A stretch of 62,108 nt of DNA, filler included, from Nemertoderma westbladi (taxonomy: Eukaryota > Animalia > Xenacoelomorpha): NCBI GenBank assembly GCA_032718475.1. It is 3 parts of 3 records of this genome, joined end to end, with 100 filler letters (N's around TTAATTAATTAA, not from the genome) between each part and the next. Parts side by side here need not be neighbours in the genome. Positions count along the whole stretch, not along the records: positions 23,223 to 48,290 come from JAUCBJ010008718.1; 2 more parts are not named here. One strand, 5' to 3'. Of the stretch, positions 36,208 through 48,290 are shown piece after piece. The notes beneath the pieces are model-generated. The model was not told where the DNA came from, ran no database searches, and saw only the letters and a list, made by a program, of their open reading frames with translations. Numbering within the stretch: the first letter of the stretch is position 1; the number at the start of each line of letters is the position of its first letter. The position numbers were made by a program, and so were the translations under genes.

Positions 36208-37569
36208 TGACCTGAATCCGTACCAGTGGGGGCAATTTTTTTGTCGATTTTCCCTATGCCCGTGGTGAAACACTTATGCTTTTAATTACCATTCTGGCTA
36301 TTTATCTATGCCTGTGGCGAAAGACTTATACTTTTATTTACCATTCTGGCTATTTATCTATGCCTGTGGCGAAAGACTTATACTTTTATTTACCATTCTG
36401 GCTATTTATCTATGCCTGTCTGCCTGTGGAGAAAGACTTATACTTTTAATTACCATTCTGGCTATTTATCTATGCCTGTGGAGAAAAACTTATACGTTTA
36501 AGTTTAATTAGGCCTACCATTCTGCTATTTATCTATACCTGCCTGCCTGCGGGAAAGGAGCAGGTTACAGAGACGGGATTTTCTAACCAAAACAATAAAC
36601 GATAACATTACCAATTGAGAGAAAGGAGCAGGTTACAGAGGCGGGATTTCCTAACCAAAACAATAAACGATCACTTAATTAATTGAGGGAAAGGGGCAGG
36701 TTACAGAGGTGGGATTTCTAACCAAAACAATAAACAGTCACTTTACAAAATGAAGGAAAGGAGCAGGTTACAGAGGCGGGCCTTTCCTAACCAAAACAAT
36801 AAACAGTCACTTTACAAAATGAAGGAAAGGAGCAGGTTACAGAGGCGGGCCTTTTGCCTTTTCTAACCAAAACAATAAACGGTCACTTTACCAAATCAGG
36901 CAAAGGAGCAGGTTACAGATTTTCTAACTACTGAACTACGCGGGATTTTCTAACCAAAACAACCGGTCAGCCGGTAGGCCTACCAGTACCGTATTTAAAT
37001 GGTAGGCTACACAGTACGCAGTAGGCATACAGCAGTACCGGTGCCGGTACCGGTACGGAATGCTGTACAGCTACAGCAGTAATTACAGTAGACATACCCT
37101 CCATATCCATTGCACAATGTACTGGACATATGATTTAGGCCTATGTGTTGTGTGTAGTCCACCTCAGGCAGACAGGACTGCAGGAGAAGTGCGTACTTCA
37201 TGAAAAATATACATTGGGACAATATTTTTTCTCACGTGCTGCACGAAGGGAAAAACTATCTCTCATGACAAATTTTTTTAACATCATTAAGTACCTATGC
37301 TGGACTGTCTGTATATCGAATTTCAGTTATATTAAATGAAAATTGAGTAAATGTCGCTCATTTTAAAATTAGATTTTTTACAAAAAATATAAGAACTCTT
37401 GAGTTTGTGACGTGCTGCGCGAAGCGGTATTAGCAATAAATTGAAATTTTTGTTTTCCAAGTTGGTCACTATAGGTTGAACAAAGCCTGTTAAAATTTTA
37501 GGAGCGTTCTGATAAAAAATATTGACAGGGGAGAGGAGATTATCACTGGTACGGATTCAGGATAGAGCC
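36208..37569. mobile_element. Non-autonomous insertion with 18-bp subterminal inverted repeats and 13-bp flanking direct repeat, just upstream of the SANBR ATG
   Basis: GCACAACGGGTAA at 36195-36207 and 37570-37582; CCTGAATCCGTACCAGTG (36211-36228) / CACTGGTACGGATTCAGG (37544-37561); internal tandem repeats of ~53 bp (36280-36540) and ~70 bp (36553-36960). Confidence 0.78.
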
Positions 37570-38999
37570 GCACAACGGGTAAGAAAACAGGTATGGAACC
37601 GATTCTTATATAATGCAGTACTGTAGGCCCTAAATAACCTAATTCAAAACAAGTGTATACAGTTGCTATGCAACCAATGCAATGGGCGTTTACCTGTATA
37701 ATTTTGTTGAATAATTTACGCGCGAAATTTAAAAAAGCATGGATACTGTTATTAATTTATACCGTGGCACTTTTCTTCTAATGGTTTAAACTCTAATTAG
37801 GTGTTCTCAGGGTTTCTGGACGAAGCGTAGAAGTGTACATTTGTTCCCGATTATAGGCAAACAACATACCTACCTGTATATACCCATCTACATTATAAAG
37901 CTACCCGCCAATGTTACAAAATATATTTGTCGGTGCGGTGGCTCGGGGTTTCTCAATCTGACTAAATAGCTTCAAATCTGTCCAATCTGACTAAATGAAC
38001 ATGTTCAATGTTATATGAACCCCCAAATCCCAAATCTAAGCAATGTTTACAGGAATATGGATTCAAATTACATAGGAATATGCTCGCCTTAACATATAGG
38101 CCAGGTTACTGTTGTGTAATCAACGTGGTCAAATAATACCCGGTCCAACAAACGAATAGCCACCCGGTTAAATCTGAAGAAGATAAGTTTCCGTAGCAGT
38201 ATGACCTATTGCTACACCTACAGCACCTAATCTCACGGACCTAACGCTACACTAATCTAACCCAATCCTTTGCGTGCCAGACCAATGGTATTCGGATTCC
38301 TTCGATATTTCGAGTTACACCAAACATACAAACCAACCACAACACTCCTTACCCACGCAACCATTATCACATAGCTTTACTCTATCAGCAATCTGTTACT
38401 CCCTTGTTATTATTATATAGCTGTTGTATTAATAATGCTATAGCCTGAACCCCAGCAATTAGTACAGATAAAGTATATTATAACTGGTAGTTAAACGGGT
38501 AGTTGAAGGCACTGTCAGTGTCTAACCGTCCCGTATGTGGTGGTGTAAACAGCCAATTATTTAATATTAATATCATATTATAGTAAATTACGTCCCATTA
38601 TGTTGTATCCATATGGATTTATTAATAATTACAGTCGAAATAATTGGGTAAACGAAACTTAGGAATCCCAATATATTATTAATAGGCTATTTCATATTTA
38701 ATATAAAATGATATAAATGGGATCTTTGGTTTAAGATTAATAGAATATATACGGGTGGTCATTTAGATGGCAAATATATATAAATTGCCACATCGCGCAT
38801 TTATTGTCGTAAAAAACAAACAGCCATATCGTGGCCTCTTTAAACTTACTGTACAAAATATGTTAAACGACAAAAATTAATAAGATTATATAAACTGCAT
38901 AAAGTTACTAATTGAGTTAAAGGCCCGGACTGGTCGACAGGCCCGCTGCTGTGGAGCACAGCCAGCACCCATTGCACAACTAAGTCCATAATAACAGAT

Positions 39000-41900
39000 C
39001 TACCAGCCAAACAAATAATCCATTGTTCTACTCAATATACCCATATTTTTCTGTGGTGTCACTGGATCCGACATAATACTGTGTTGATCTCTTGCCTTTT
39101 GGTATGCAGCCGCTAGAGGTCGGAGTTTAGGTGTACTAACGGGCGTAGCGCCACCTACCGGCTTCTTCGTATCATAAATAACGTCCTGGAAGAAAAACGT
39201 AAATTATTTAATCTGTTTAGAATTTATTTATGTATCATTTCTAATTACAAAGGACATATTATAAATTGTGAATATTAATTATGTAGTTACTGCGATAATG
39301 AAACAATAATTTATTTGGATATGAAATGAATTTCTTGCAAATATCACCCGGGATTATTCCAATAACCGAACTCCTAAGCAAGACATTAGCGCCATCTTGC
39401 GGAGCTCAGAGTGTATTCATTGGCACAACCAGGGACAACTTTAATGGCAACACCGTTGTATGTCTGGAATACGAGTCCTATCAGCCAATGGCGTTAAAGC
39501 AACTAGAAAGTATATGTGAGGAGGTGCGCAGCCAATGGGATGTAGAGAATATAGCGATTACTCATCGTCTGGGCGTAGTCCCAGTAACAGAAACCAGCAT
39601 CGCCATTGTAGTGACGTCAGTACATCGGGCGGACAGCCTCCAAGCGGTTAGTTTCATAATCGATCGCGTTAAACAGACAGTCCCGATATGGAAGAAAGAA
39701 AAATATGCTGATGGTACAGCTGACTGGAAAGCAAACTCGATAACTTAAATATTGGTTCATTTAGTGGCTCAACTAGCCTTCAACGGGCATTCAGTACGAC
39801 AGTGCGCTTACCTTGTCAACGCATTGAGACACACCAACCATAGTCGTTCCTCCGAAAACTTTGCCATTTTTACTGAGAGCTTTTTTTGCAGCGATCACTG
39901 AACTGTACTGAATGTGCATCCAATTACCTTCCGAACAAATCTAAATACAAAAGTGTAAGTAATGACAAAAGCGTGTACGAATTGACCACAAAAGTATTGC
40001 CACAAAAGTGTACAACTAATGACAACAAAAGTGTGTACGTAATGATCATATTATTCAGTATATAATGACCACAACAACTCTTAAGTAGTGAGTAATGACC
40101 ATAACATCTTCAAAGTGTGCGTATAGGTTTAATGGTTCATGATGAATAATTGTGCACGGTGCAAGGTTCCTGATGAATTGTGCACGGTGCAAGGTTCCTG
40201 ATGAATTGTGCACGGTGCAAGGTTCCTGGTGAATTGTGCACGGTGCAAGGTTCATGATGAATTGTGCACGGTGTAAGGTTCCTGATGAATTGTGCACGGT
40301 GCAAGGTTCCTGGTGAATTGTGCACGGTGCAAGGTTCATGATGAATTGTGCACGGTGCAAGGTTCATGATGAATTGTGCACGGTGCAAGGTTCCTGATGA
40401 ATTGTGCACGGTGCAAGGTTCCTGGTGAATTGTGCACGGTGCAAGGTTCCTGATGAATTGTGCACGGTGCAAGGTTCCTGATGAATTGTGCACGGTGCAA
40501 GGTTCATGATGAATTGTGCACGGTGCAAGGTTCCTGATGAATTGTGCACGGTGCAAGGTTCCTGGTGAATTGTGCACGGTGCAAGGTTCCTGATGAATTG
40601 TGCACGGTGCAAGGTTCCTGGTGAATTGTGCACGGTGCAAGGTTCATGATGAATTGTGCACGGTGCAAGGTTCATGATGAATTGTGCACGGTGCAAGGTT
40701 CATGATGAATTGTGCACGGTGCAAGGTTCATGATGAATTGTGCACGGTGCAAGGTTCCTGATGAATTGTGCACGGTGCAAGATTCCTGATGAATTGTGCA
40801 CGGTGCAAGGTTCCTGATGAATTGTGCACGGTGCAAGGTTCCTGATGAATTGTGCACGGTGCAAGGTTCATGATGAATTGTGCACGGTGCAAGGTTCCTG
40901 ATGAATTGTGTACGGTGCATGATTCACTACATGGTTCATAGTGTATGACGTTATTGATGTTGGTTAGCCGTAGGTCTATCTATATTGTTTGCAACTTCAC
41001 GTTCGTACATTAATTTATTAATTTCAATGCGACACTTATAAACTTTGTTTGGAATAATAATATTTATTATTTGATATTTTTACATTAACTACTTTTATTC
41101 CAAACATTTTTCGATGACCATAATATTATAGTAAGATTGAAATATATTTATGGGGGGGGGGGGGGGGGGGGGGTGTCACCTCGTTAAATATCACGACGGT
41201 AGATTATTTATGCAGGCGGATTGTTATCCGCCTAATAATAAGTTCGTTCGCGAATTATAATTCAATTACATTTAAAATGAACTTTACCCAAAATATTATA
41301 AAAAATGCAATTGTGGTGCAGCACCTCTAAGAAAAAATAAAAGTTCTTAATAAAATAATATTTACAACGTTGACACTTTATGTGTGAAATTTCAAGACTT
41401 GACTTCAGACAAACTTGGGGTTTTCTGAAAACTCCCTTTTTGTTCAAACTCTTTGACTATCTACTGTTTAACTTTAACTCCATAACTCCACTTTTATACT
41501 GTTGCATGTTTTTTTCTTTTTGTCCATCAACTATTTGTCTATCTGTTTAATTAACTCTTTCACAATTCAATACCTCCTGCTAATTTGCCACACATTCTGA
41601 AAGCACAGGAAAACACAATTTTAGAGTAAGCACTAAACAATTGATTCATGCTTAGTGGTTTCCTGCTCTTTTTGGTCGCAAATACGGGTGATTTACTTTT
41701 CCTTGAAAAAAACATTTCCGGCAAACTCACATCCCTACTACACACGACATAGTTAAGGCCTAGATCCTTGTGGGAACATTGTTTAGTAAGAAAAATGGGG
41801 GAAAAATAAATATAAAATGTAAAGGTTCTAATTTGGCTTTGTATGGTTCACGATAAACTAATCGAGAAATCCCAGACTGGAAATGGTTCTCAAAACTACA

Positions 41901-44900
41901 ATTTTTGGCGCGTGTTGTTTTATTTTATCTCTATGGTAACGAAACGATACCAACAAACTAACGTGGTGTTTTACAATGTGTCCGTATTGACTGAATTGTT
42001 GTAGAATGAATGAGGCGGCCCCAGCAGGGAATCCGAACACCGTGACCCAGGTCTCGTCTAGAACGTCGGCGCTCGAAAGGGATTCGCTAGAAAACAAACA
42101 AACGTCCGGGTTATAGATAACGTTGCGATACTTGTTAGAGGGGGGGGGGGGGGGGGGGGGGGGGTAAATCATATTTCGGCGAATTAATATCCCGCCTCAA
42201 CGTTAATTCTCAATTTAGAGATAGGATCAGGTTAAAGTGCCATGTTATTCTAACCAAAACAATAAACGAAACTCAAAAGAACAGGTTAGTTTTATTTTTG
42301 AGAGTAATCAATCAGCTGTTATTTGCGTCGAATTTCCCCTGGAGAAGGATGAAGTTTTATTGCAAGACCCCCTATCTGCAATGGTGGCAACCTTTGAAAG
42401 CGTTCCAAATGCAAAAACCTAATGTGTATAAAAAATATAAACATTTTGTCGACAATAAATTAAAACTGTAAATTAAACCGAAATTATGAAATAAAAACTC
42501 ACCCTTGGGTATAGAAAGGGTCTGCCTGTGCGGGAGACGGTGGGGTGCGTTGTCTTCGCGATGGGAAACCGCTAGATGGCGTGATAGAACTGTGTTGGGT
42601 TCCGTTCATGAGTGAAGTGGAAAACATCTGAAATTATAAACACCGCGAGAAGATCAATTAAACATCAATTATATAATTACATGGACTAGTTCGAGGTAAT
42701 TTTGGTTCATCGGGTAAAAATTGTAGCTTTTTCAACCTGAAAATTATTTATATTCGATCAACAACATTGAAGAGTAAATCCATAAGCATTGCTACTCCCT
42801 TTAGTGAATTAAAATAATATTATTTGATAAAAAAAAAGGAATCGGAAAAAAACACTTTTTGTAACTATTTGCAATTGGACGAAATTCAACCATTCTGTCT
42901 GAGTATCCGATTACGGGTTAACTGAAACTTGTAGGAAAGACTTTGTATACTTCGGATACGGGGAAATTCATTAATAACTAAACTTATACCTAATTATGAT
43001 TTCTACTTACTGAGGTTGAGTTGTCGTTGCGTTGCCCAGTAACCGATGCGTTGAGACGTTGCTGGGCGACGGTAGCGTGTCGCAGGGGTGGTGGGGCCGA
43101 GTCGAACAGACTCTGTACAGGGGGTCCGTCTGGTGGCGGCTGGCGATTTCGTAGGAACGAGTCGTTACCACCGCCGAGATGACTGGGGTCCGGTGTGGTT
43201 GCCTGGTAACTCTGAGTAGAGGACAGTTGTCTGGCAACTGTATGTCTAAATAACACCAATGATACAATCTAAACAATTATTACACCATAAAGCCAGAACG
43301 CACGGAAAATTCAACATTACAGAAAAATAAATATAAATTGCTTGTTTCATGCGGTCCTTTCTCCTTTGTCTTAACTACTATAGAACTAGCTATTTGCACT
43401 CCAACATTTATCGCGGCGGGGTTAAACATACCTGGAGCCCAATGTCAAGAGTTACACGGTATAAACTTACCTGGAGCCCAATGTCAAGAGTTACACGGTA
43501 TAAACTTACCTGGAGCCCAATGTCAAGAGTTACACGGTATAAACTTACCTGGAGCCCAGTGTCAAGAGTTACACGGGATAAACTTACCTTGATCCAAGAG
43601 TTAAACTAATAGACTTACCTGGATCCAGGATTTACACTAATAGACTTACCTGGATCCAGGAGTTACACTAATAGACTTACCTGGATCCAGGAGTTACACT
43701 AATAGACTTACCTGGATCCAGGAGTTACACTAATAGACTTACCTGGATCCAGGAGTTACACTAATAGACTTACCTGGATCCAGGAGTTACACTAATAGAC
43801 TTACCTGGATCCAAGAGTTACACTAATAGACTTACCTGGATCCAGGAGTTACACTAATAGACTTACCTGGATCCAGGAGTTACACTAATAGACTTACCTG
43901 GATCCAGGAGTTACACTAATAGACTTACCTGGATCCAGGAGTTACACTAATAGACTTACCTGGATCCAAGAGTTACACTAATAGATTTACCTGGATCCAG
44001 GAGTTACACTAATAGACTTACCTGGATCCAGGAGTTACACTAATAGACTTACCTGGATCCAGGAGTTACACTAATAGACTTACCTGGATCCAGGAGTTAC
44101 ACTAATAGACTTACCTGGATCCAGGAGTTACACTAATAGACTTACCTGGATCCAGGAGTTACACTAATAGACTTACCTGGATCCAGGAGTTACACTAATA
44201 GACTTACCTGGATCCAGGAGTTACACTAATAGACTTACCTGGATCCAGGAGTTACACTAATAGACTTACCTGGATCCAGGAGTTACACTAATAGACTTAC
44301 CTGGATCCAGGAGTTACACTAATAGACTTACCTGGATCCAGGAGTTACACTAATAGACTTACCTGGATCCAGGAGTTACACTAATAGACTTACCTGGATC
44401 CAGGAGTTACACTAATAGACTTACCTGGATCCAGGAGTTACACTAATAGACTTACCTGGATCCAGGAGTTACACTAATAGACTTACCTGGATCCAGGAGT
44501 TACACTAATAGACTTACCTGGATCCAGGAGTTACACTAATAGACTTACCTGGACCCAGGAGTTACACTAATAGACTTACCTGGATCCAGGAGTTACACTA
44601 ATAGACTTACCTGGATCCAGGAGTTACACTAATAGACTTACCTGGATCCAGGAGTTACACTAATAGACTTACCTGGATCCAGGAGTTACACTAATAGACT
44701 TACCTGGATCCAGGAGTTACACAAATAGACTTACCTGGATCCAAGAGTTACAGTAATAAACTTACCTGGATCCGGGCCAGGAGTTACACTAATAGACTTA
44801 CCTGGATCCCGGAGTTACACTAATAGACTTACCTGGATCCAGGAGTTACACTAATAGACTGGTTACACCGTCCGGGGGAGCGGGTAATGAAAGTCTGTCT

Positions 44901-44951
44901 GCCGACTAACGGGGGGGATGTAGAACCGGAGCCATGGGAACGGTAACTGGG
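39000..44951 (-). CDS. NUP35: Nucleoporin NUP35/Nup53, spliced; exons 44951-44833, 43245-43011, 42627-42503, 42086-41963, 39940-39812, 39185-39000 (start exon not identified)
   Basis: All five introns are GT-AG and phase-compatible. Joined translation contains GPPVQSLFD, SPAQADPFYTQG, DETWVTVFGFP...ILQQFSQYG, GNWMHIQY...AKKALSKNGKVFG...MVGVSQCVDK (MPPN-type RRM) and C-terminal LRPLAAAY...MDYLFGW-stop. The 44951-44833 exon is less certain because it is poorly conserved; the 43245 acceptor has an in-phase alternative 15 nt downstream. Confidence 0.93.
39326..39748 (+). CDS. MOCS2: Molybdopterin synthase catalytic subunit MOCS2B (MoaE family), 140 aa, nested antisense in the last NUP35 intron
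   Basis: CGAQSVFIGTTRDNF, LEYESYQPMA, IAITHRLGVVPV.E.S, S.HR, K..VPIWKKE.Y, WKAN; intact single ORF. Confidence 0.95.
   Translation: MNFLQISPGIIPITELLSKTLAPSCGAQSVFIGTTRDNFNGNTVVCLEYESYQPMALKQLESICEEVRSQWDVENIAITHRLGVVPVTETSIAIVVTSVHRADSLQAVSFIIDRVKQTVPIWKKEKYADGTADWKANSIT
40135..40922. repeat. 28-bp minisatellite, ~28 copies, in a NUP35 intron
   Basis: Unit TGATGAATTGTGCACGGTGCAAGGTTCC with CC/CA and ATG/GTG variants. Confidence 0.97.
42175..42365. repeat. Inverted copy of the 17037-17270 MITE-like repeat, in a NUP35 intron
   Basis: aattaatatcccgcctcaac...ctcaatttag...aaccaaaacaataaac...ttttatttttgagagtaatca...atttcccctggaga matches the reverse complement of ~17050-17236. Confidence 0.75.
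43432..44859 (-). repeat. Compound minisatellite in a NUP35 intron: ~40 x 31 bp plus 4 x 39 bp, each unit reading GTAAGT...CAG on the sense strand
   Basis: Minus-strand units GTAAGTCTATTAGTGTAACTCCTGGATCCAG and GTAAGTTTATACCGTGTAACTCTTGACATTGGGCTCCAG; a partial first unit forms the 3' end of exon 44951-44833. Confidence 0.97.
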
Positions 44952-46753
44952 CTGAAAAACAAAGATGTAATTAAAAAGCACTGCAATTAGCCTAGGGCGA
45001 TGTAATATTGCAACTTTACAAGTGTAAGTTAGTTGGAATATTGGGTTCTCGGTAACTAGGCGAATATGGAACCACATACAAGCTACAACGGACCTTTACA
45101 ACCGGAATACTACACGGCTACGAGCGAGAGAAGATTCATTTATTAAGTAATGCACCTCGCTGAAGGTCTGCAGTAGGTTTTTTTATTTTTCAATAATATC
45201 ACGTGATACGTTGCATAATATAAAACTTCATGAGATTCGAGGCTCTGGTCAAACGATTAGCGAATTGTAACAAAAAGCGCCGTGCTATTAAATTGAATAC
45301 CGGTACAATGCTTCTCCATTACTTATTTAACAACTGCTGAATAAGTTTTGGCTGAGCTGTGAATGCAATTTAATGTAAGCAAATAGTATGACATTAGATT
45401 AAAATGTTAATTAGTTGAAAATATGAAAATATGAGGACAGTTTTAAACCCGGCCTGCGGTATCGTATCCGGGTAACCCCATCGTCAGCATCTTGGTTGCT
45501 GTATAGTGTATAGTAATTATACTTCCCACTTGGAACTTCAATGTACAGCCCTGGTTCGAGCCCTGACGACACCCTTTATCCAAAGTCGGAGGGAGCCCCC
45601 CCCCCCCCCCCCACTCCTATTTTTTTTTCAAATTTCATCAAATGCTACGAAATTTGGTATGAAAATAGTTCAACAAATTTTCTGACTGCTGGCCTGGCCG
45701 GATTTTTCAATTTTCAAATATTTACCAACAGCAACAATAGCTTAATTTGCCTATTTAACCAACTATTTTTCGAGGCCGGTGGCAGAGGAAAAAATGCTTT
45801 TACTATTTAGAGGAAAAAATGCGGATTAAAAAGAGGATATATATACTACAGGGTTGTTTTTTTCAAAATGTTCACTGTTTAAAGCTTCTAAACGGTTAGA
45901 AAAAATTTACATTCATTTTGTTTAGAAAACCAAAATAATTTTACCAATGGCGAATTTGAAAGGTGAATTTTGAAAAGTGAAAATAGAGCCATGCATTACT
46001 GCTGACTTGCTTGTTTTCTACTTTATTCAACCGATTGGTATCGTACATCCTGTAATGTAAGTAAGTGCCTTGTAGTTTTTATCTGTCAAATTGATAAAAC
46101 TGTATAAATGCCAGTGAAACATTCTTATACTGTAAAACTATATCAATCTACCAGTACTTAATGAGCTATGATGTAATAATGAACTACTGTAAAATAAAGG
46201 TGATGGAGATAAATCAGATTTAGGGATTCAAGGATTCAATTTTTGTGAATGAACAATAAACAAACAAAAATTAAATATGGGCTAATGTTAAATTTTGGTT
46301 TTTATTTCAAACTCTTTAGTTAAAGTGTATAATTTTAAATTTGTTGTTTTCAATATTTAGCTTTGCAGTTTTAAAAATATTTCTAAACAAGTTTAAAAAA
46401 TTTAGAAATCACTATTTTCATTTATAAATTTCACTAACATATTTAGAAAAAAAACCAGATTAGCTTCTATACTTTGTGAGTGAAAATGATATTCCTAAAC
46501 GAAATTATGATTGATTAAAATAGCTTTAGCAAAATATCGTAATGCTAAATTAATTAATAATAACCAACGTAATTACTGATCGATAATAAATAATGCGAAA
46601 CCAACAGAATAAACCTCTAGATCGCTGATTGGATAAATATTTTATTATCCGAATTTTTGGAAGATTGATTGGATAATAAATTTATTGCTCAAGAAAGTAA
46701 ATTAATTATAAAGTGTATCATCCGTAAGGATAATTATTCAGATTGGGTATCAT

Positions 46754-47430
46754 TGTGGGGCGAGCCACGAAGTGAGATAAGTCTTAGTATATGGGTGCCA
46801 TTAACGCGTTGTCTGTCGTCGTCGTCGTAAATTTTTGATCGCTAAAAATCTGTTATTCCTTGATGAAATTAAACGAAACTTGGTACGTATGTAGTCCGGC
46901 AAAAGTTTAGAAAGAATCTGAAGTTTGGTAAAAAACGAACAAACGCAACGAGTTTACAGTGGATACGAGTATCCTTCTGCCATAAATCAGCAGTTACTCT
47001 CACAGTTTCGAGACTTTGCATAGTTATATAGGTCGTTAGTCTCCGTTTTATAGGGAAATTATTTTAGACAAAACAGGACGAGCGCAACGAGGCTAATGAA
47101 CTAGAAGAGTATTGTAAAACTAAAAATGTCATACTTAACTTAAATAGCCCTAGTTAGAAGGTTTACAAATGACAGTTAAAGTGTGTAAGGGCAAAGTGAA
47201 ATGGATCTCTGTTTTTACAACTAGTTTATCACAAACTGATAGCATCGCCTTCACTCATATATATTTTAGGAAAGACAGTTTTCGTATATCTAATAGAGAT
47301 TAGCATAATGTACTTTCTAATATAGGTGTTCGCGCTTTTGAAGACCTTTAGCAGTTTAACCTGCCAAAATTTATATGTCTTCTAGTTAATTAAAACCACT
47401 TTAGCATACGACAATATTTTATGCTAATAC
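46754..47430 (+). mobile_element. Possible non-autonomous Helentron/DINE-1-like repeat
   Basis: Starts TGTGGGGCGAGC (shared with inverted 25004-25015), then a short tgtctgtcgtcgtcgtc microsatellite and a gaaacttggtac motif, a layout typical of such elements. The 3' boundary is not defined. Confidence 0.35.
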
Positions 47431-47730
47431 GCAAAACATTAGCCGAAGTCAGCCCATGCGCGATCATTCACCCGATGGATCTACACCCGGGAGACTGAAT
47501 TCGGATGCTTGAATTGTATTATTACAGTGTAAGGTTGCAGTGTATACCTAATGTATTATTCGATAGATCGTTAATAATTAATCTCTGACAGATATTATTG
47601 GCTTTCGGGAAATATTAACAGTTCCTTTAGGACGTGGCGCTTTATCTATTTAAACAGAACTAGGACTTATACTAAACGCAACGATACTGCTTATGATTAA
47701 AGTATAAAGCGTATTCTTTAGGAAATACTT
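47430..47730 (-). repeat. Diverged inverted copy of the 16180-16590 / 51445-51770 dispersed repeat
   Basis: gggagactgaattc, gggaaatattaacagttcctttag and attctttaggaa match reverse complements of blocks in 51445-51770 in the expected order. Confidence 0.6.
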
Positions 47731-48290
47731 TGTTACCAATCACAATCATACACACTATTCTGCCGACCGTCAGTATATTTGATCACACATAAAGAGGGCA
47801 GCAATTGACTCACGTAGGGTCTGCTAAATAACATTGGATTCAATACACACCACATTAATATAAATCGCAATTGTTATGTATAGCCGGTCTCTCTAACCTG
47901 TAGTGTATCAAGAAAATTGGGAATTTGGGTGATTTATCCGTATTATCCAAATAGCAATATTTCCATCAACAAATAGGTACAATTAATAACTGACGGTAAA
48001 ATAACAGTACAAACAATATGATTAATGCAATTAAATTAAGTGAGTTAAGTGAGTTTCATTAGATTGATTAATTAGTTAAGGTAACAGTTTATACTTTCGA
48101 TAATTCAAGCAGTTTACTAGAGTTCTTCCCAAAAAGCCGGTGTTTCTGGCTTAGACAGCAATAACAACAAAGTATCAAGTAAAAAACAGTAAGACTGAAC
48201 ACTCTCCTTATGATCGACTAAAAAGCTACACGTCGACAGGAAAAATCGCTCTGATTGGCTCAAGCCAAACAAAGAACCATACATCCAATG

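Noticed and set aside
40055-40920. Repetitive ORFs (HRAQFIRNLAPCTIHQEPCTVHNSSGTL)
   Set aside because: Translation artefacts of the 28-bp minisatellite inside a NUP35 intron.
43338-43609. Plus-strand repeat ORFs (LPGAQCQELHGIN)n
   Set aside because: Translation of the 39-bp units antisense to NUP35; no ATG start or domain similarity recognised.
45447-45494. Minus-strand MLTMGLPGYDTAGR as NUP35 exon 1
   Set aside because: LPGY only loosely resembles the NUP35 N-terminal FLPGFL motif and the in-phase donor (GTTTAA) is poor; left unassigned.
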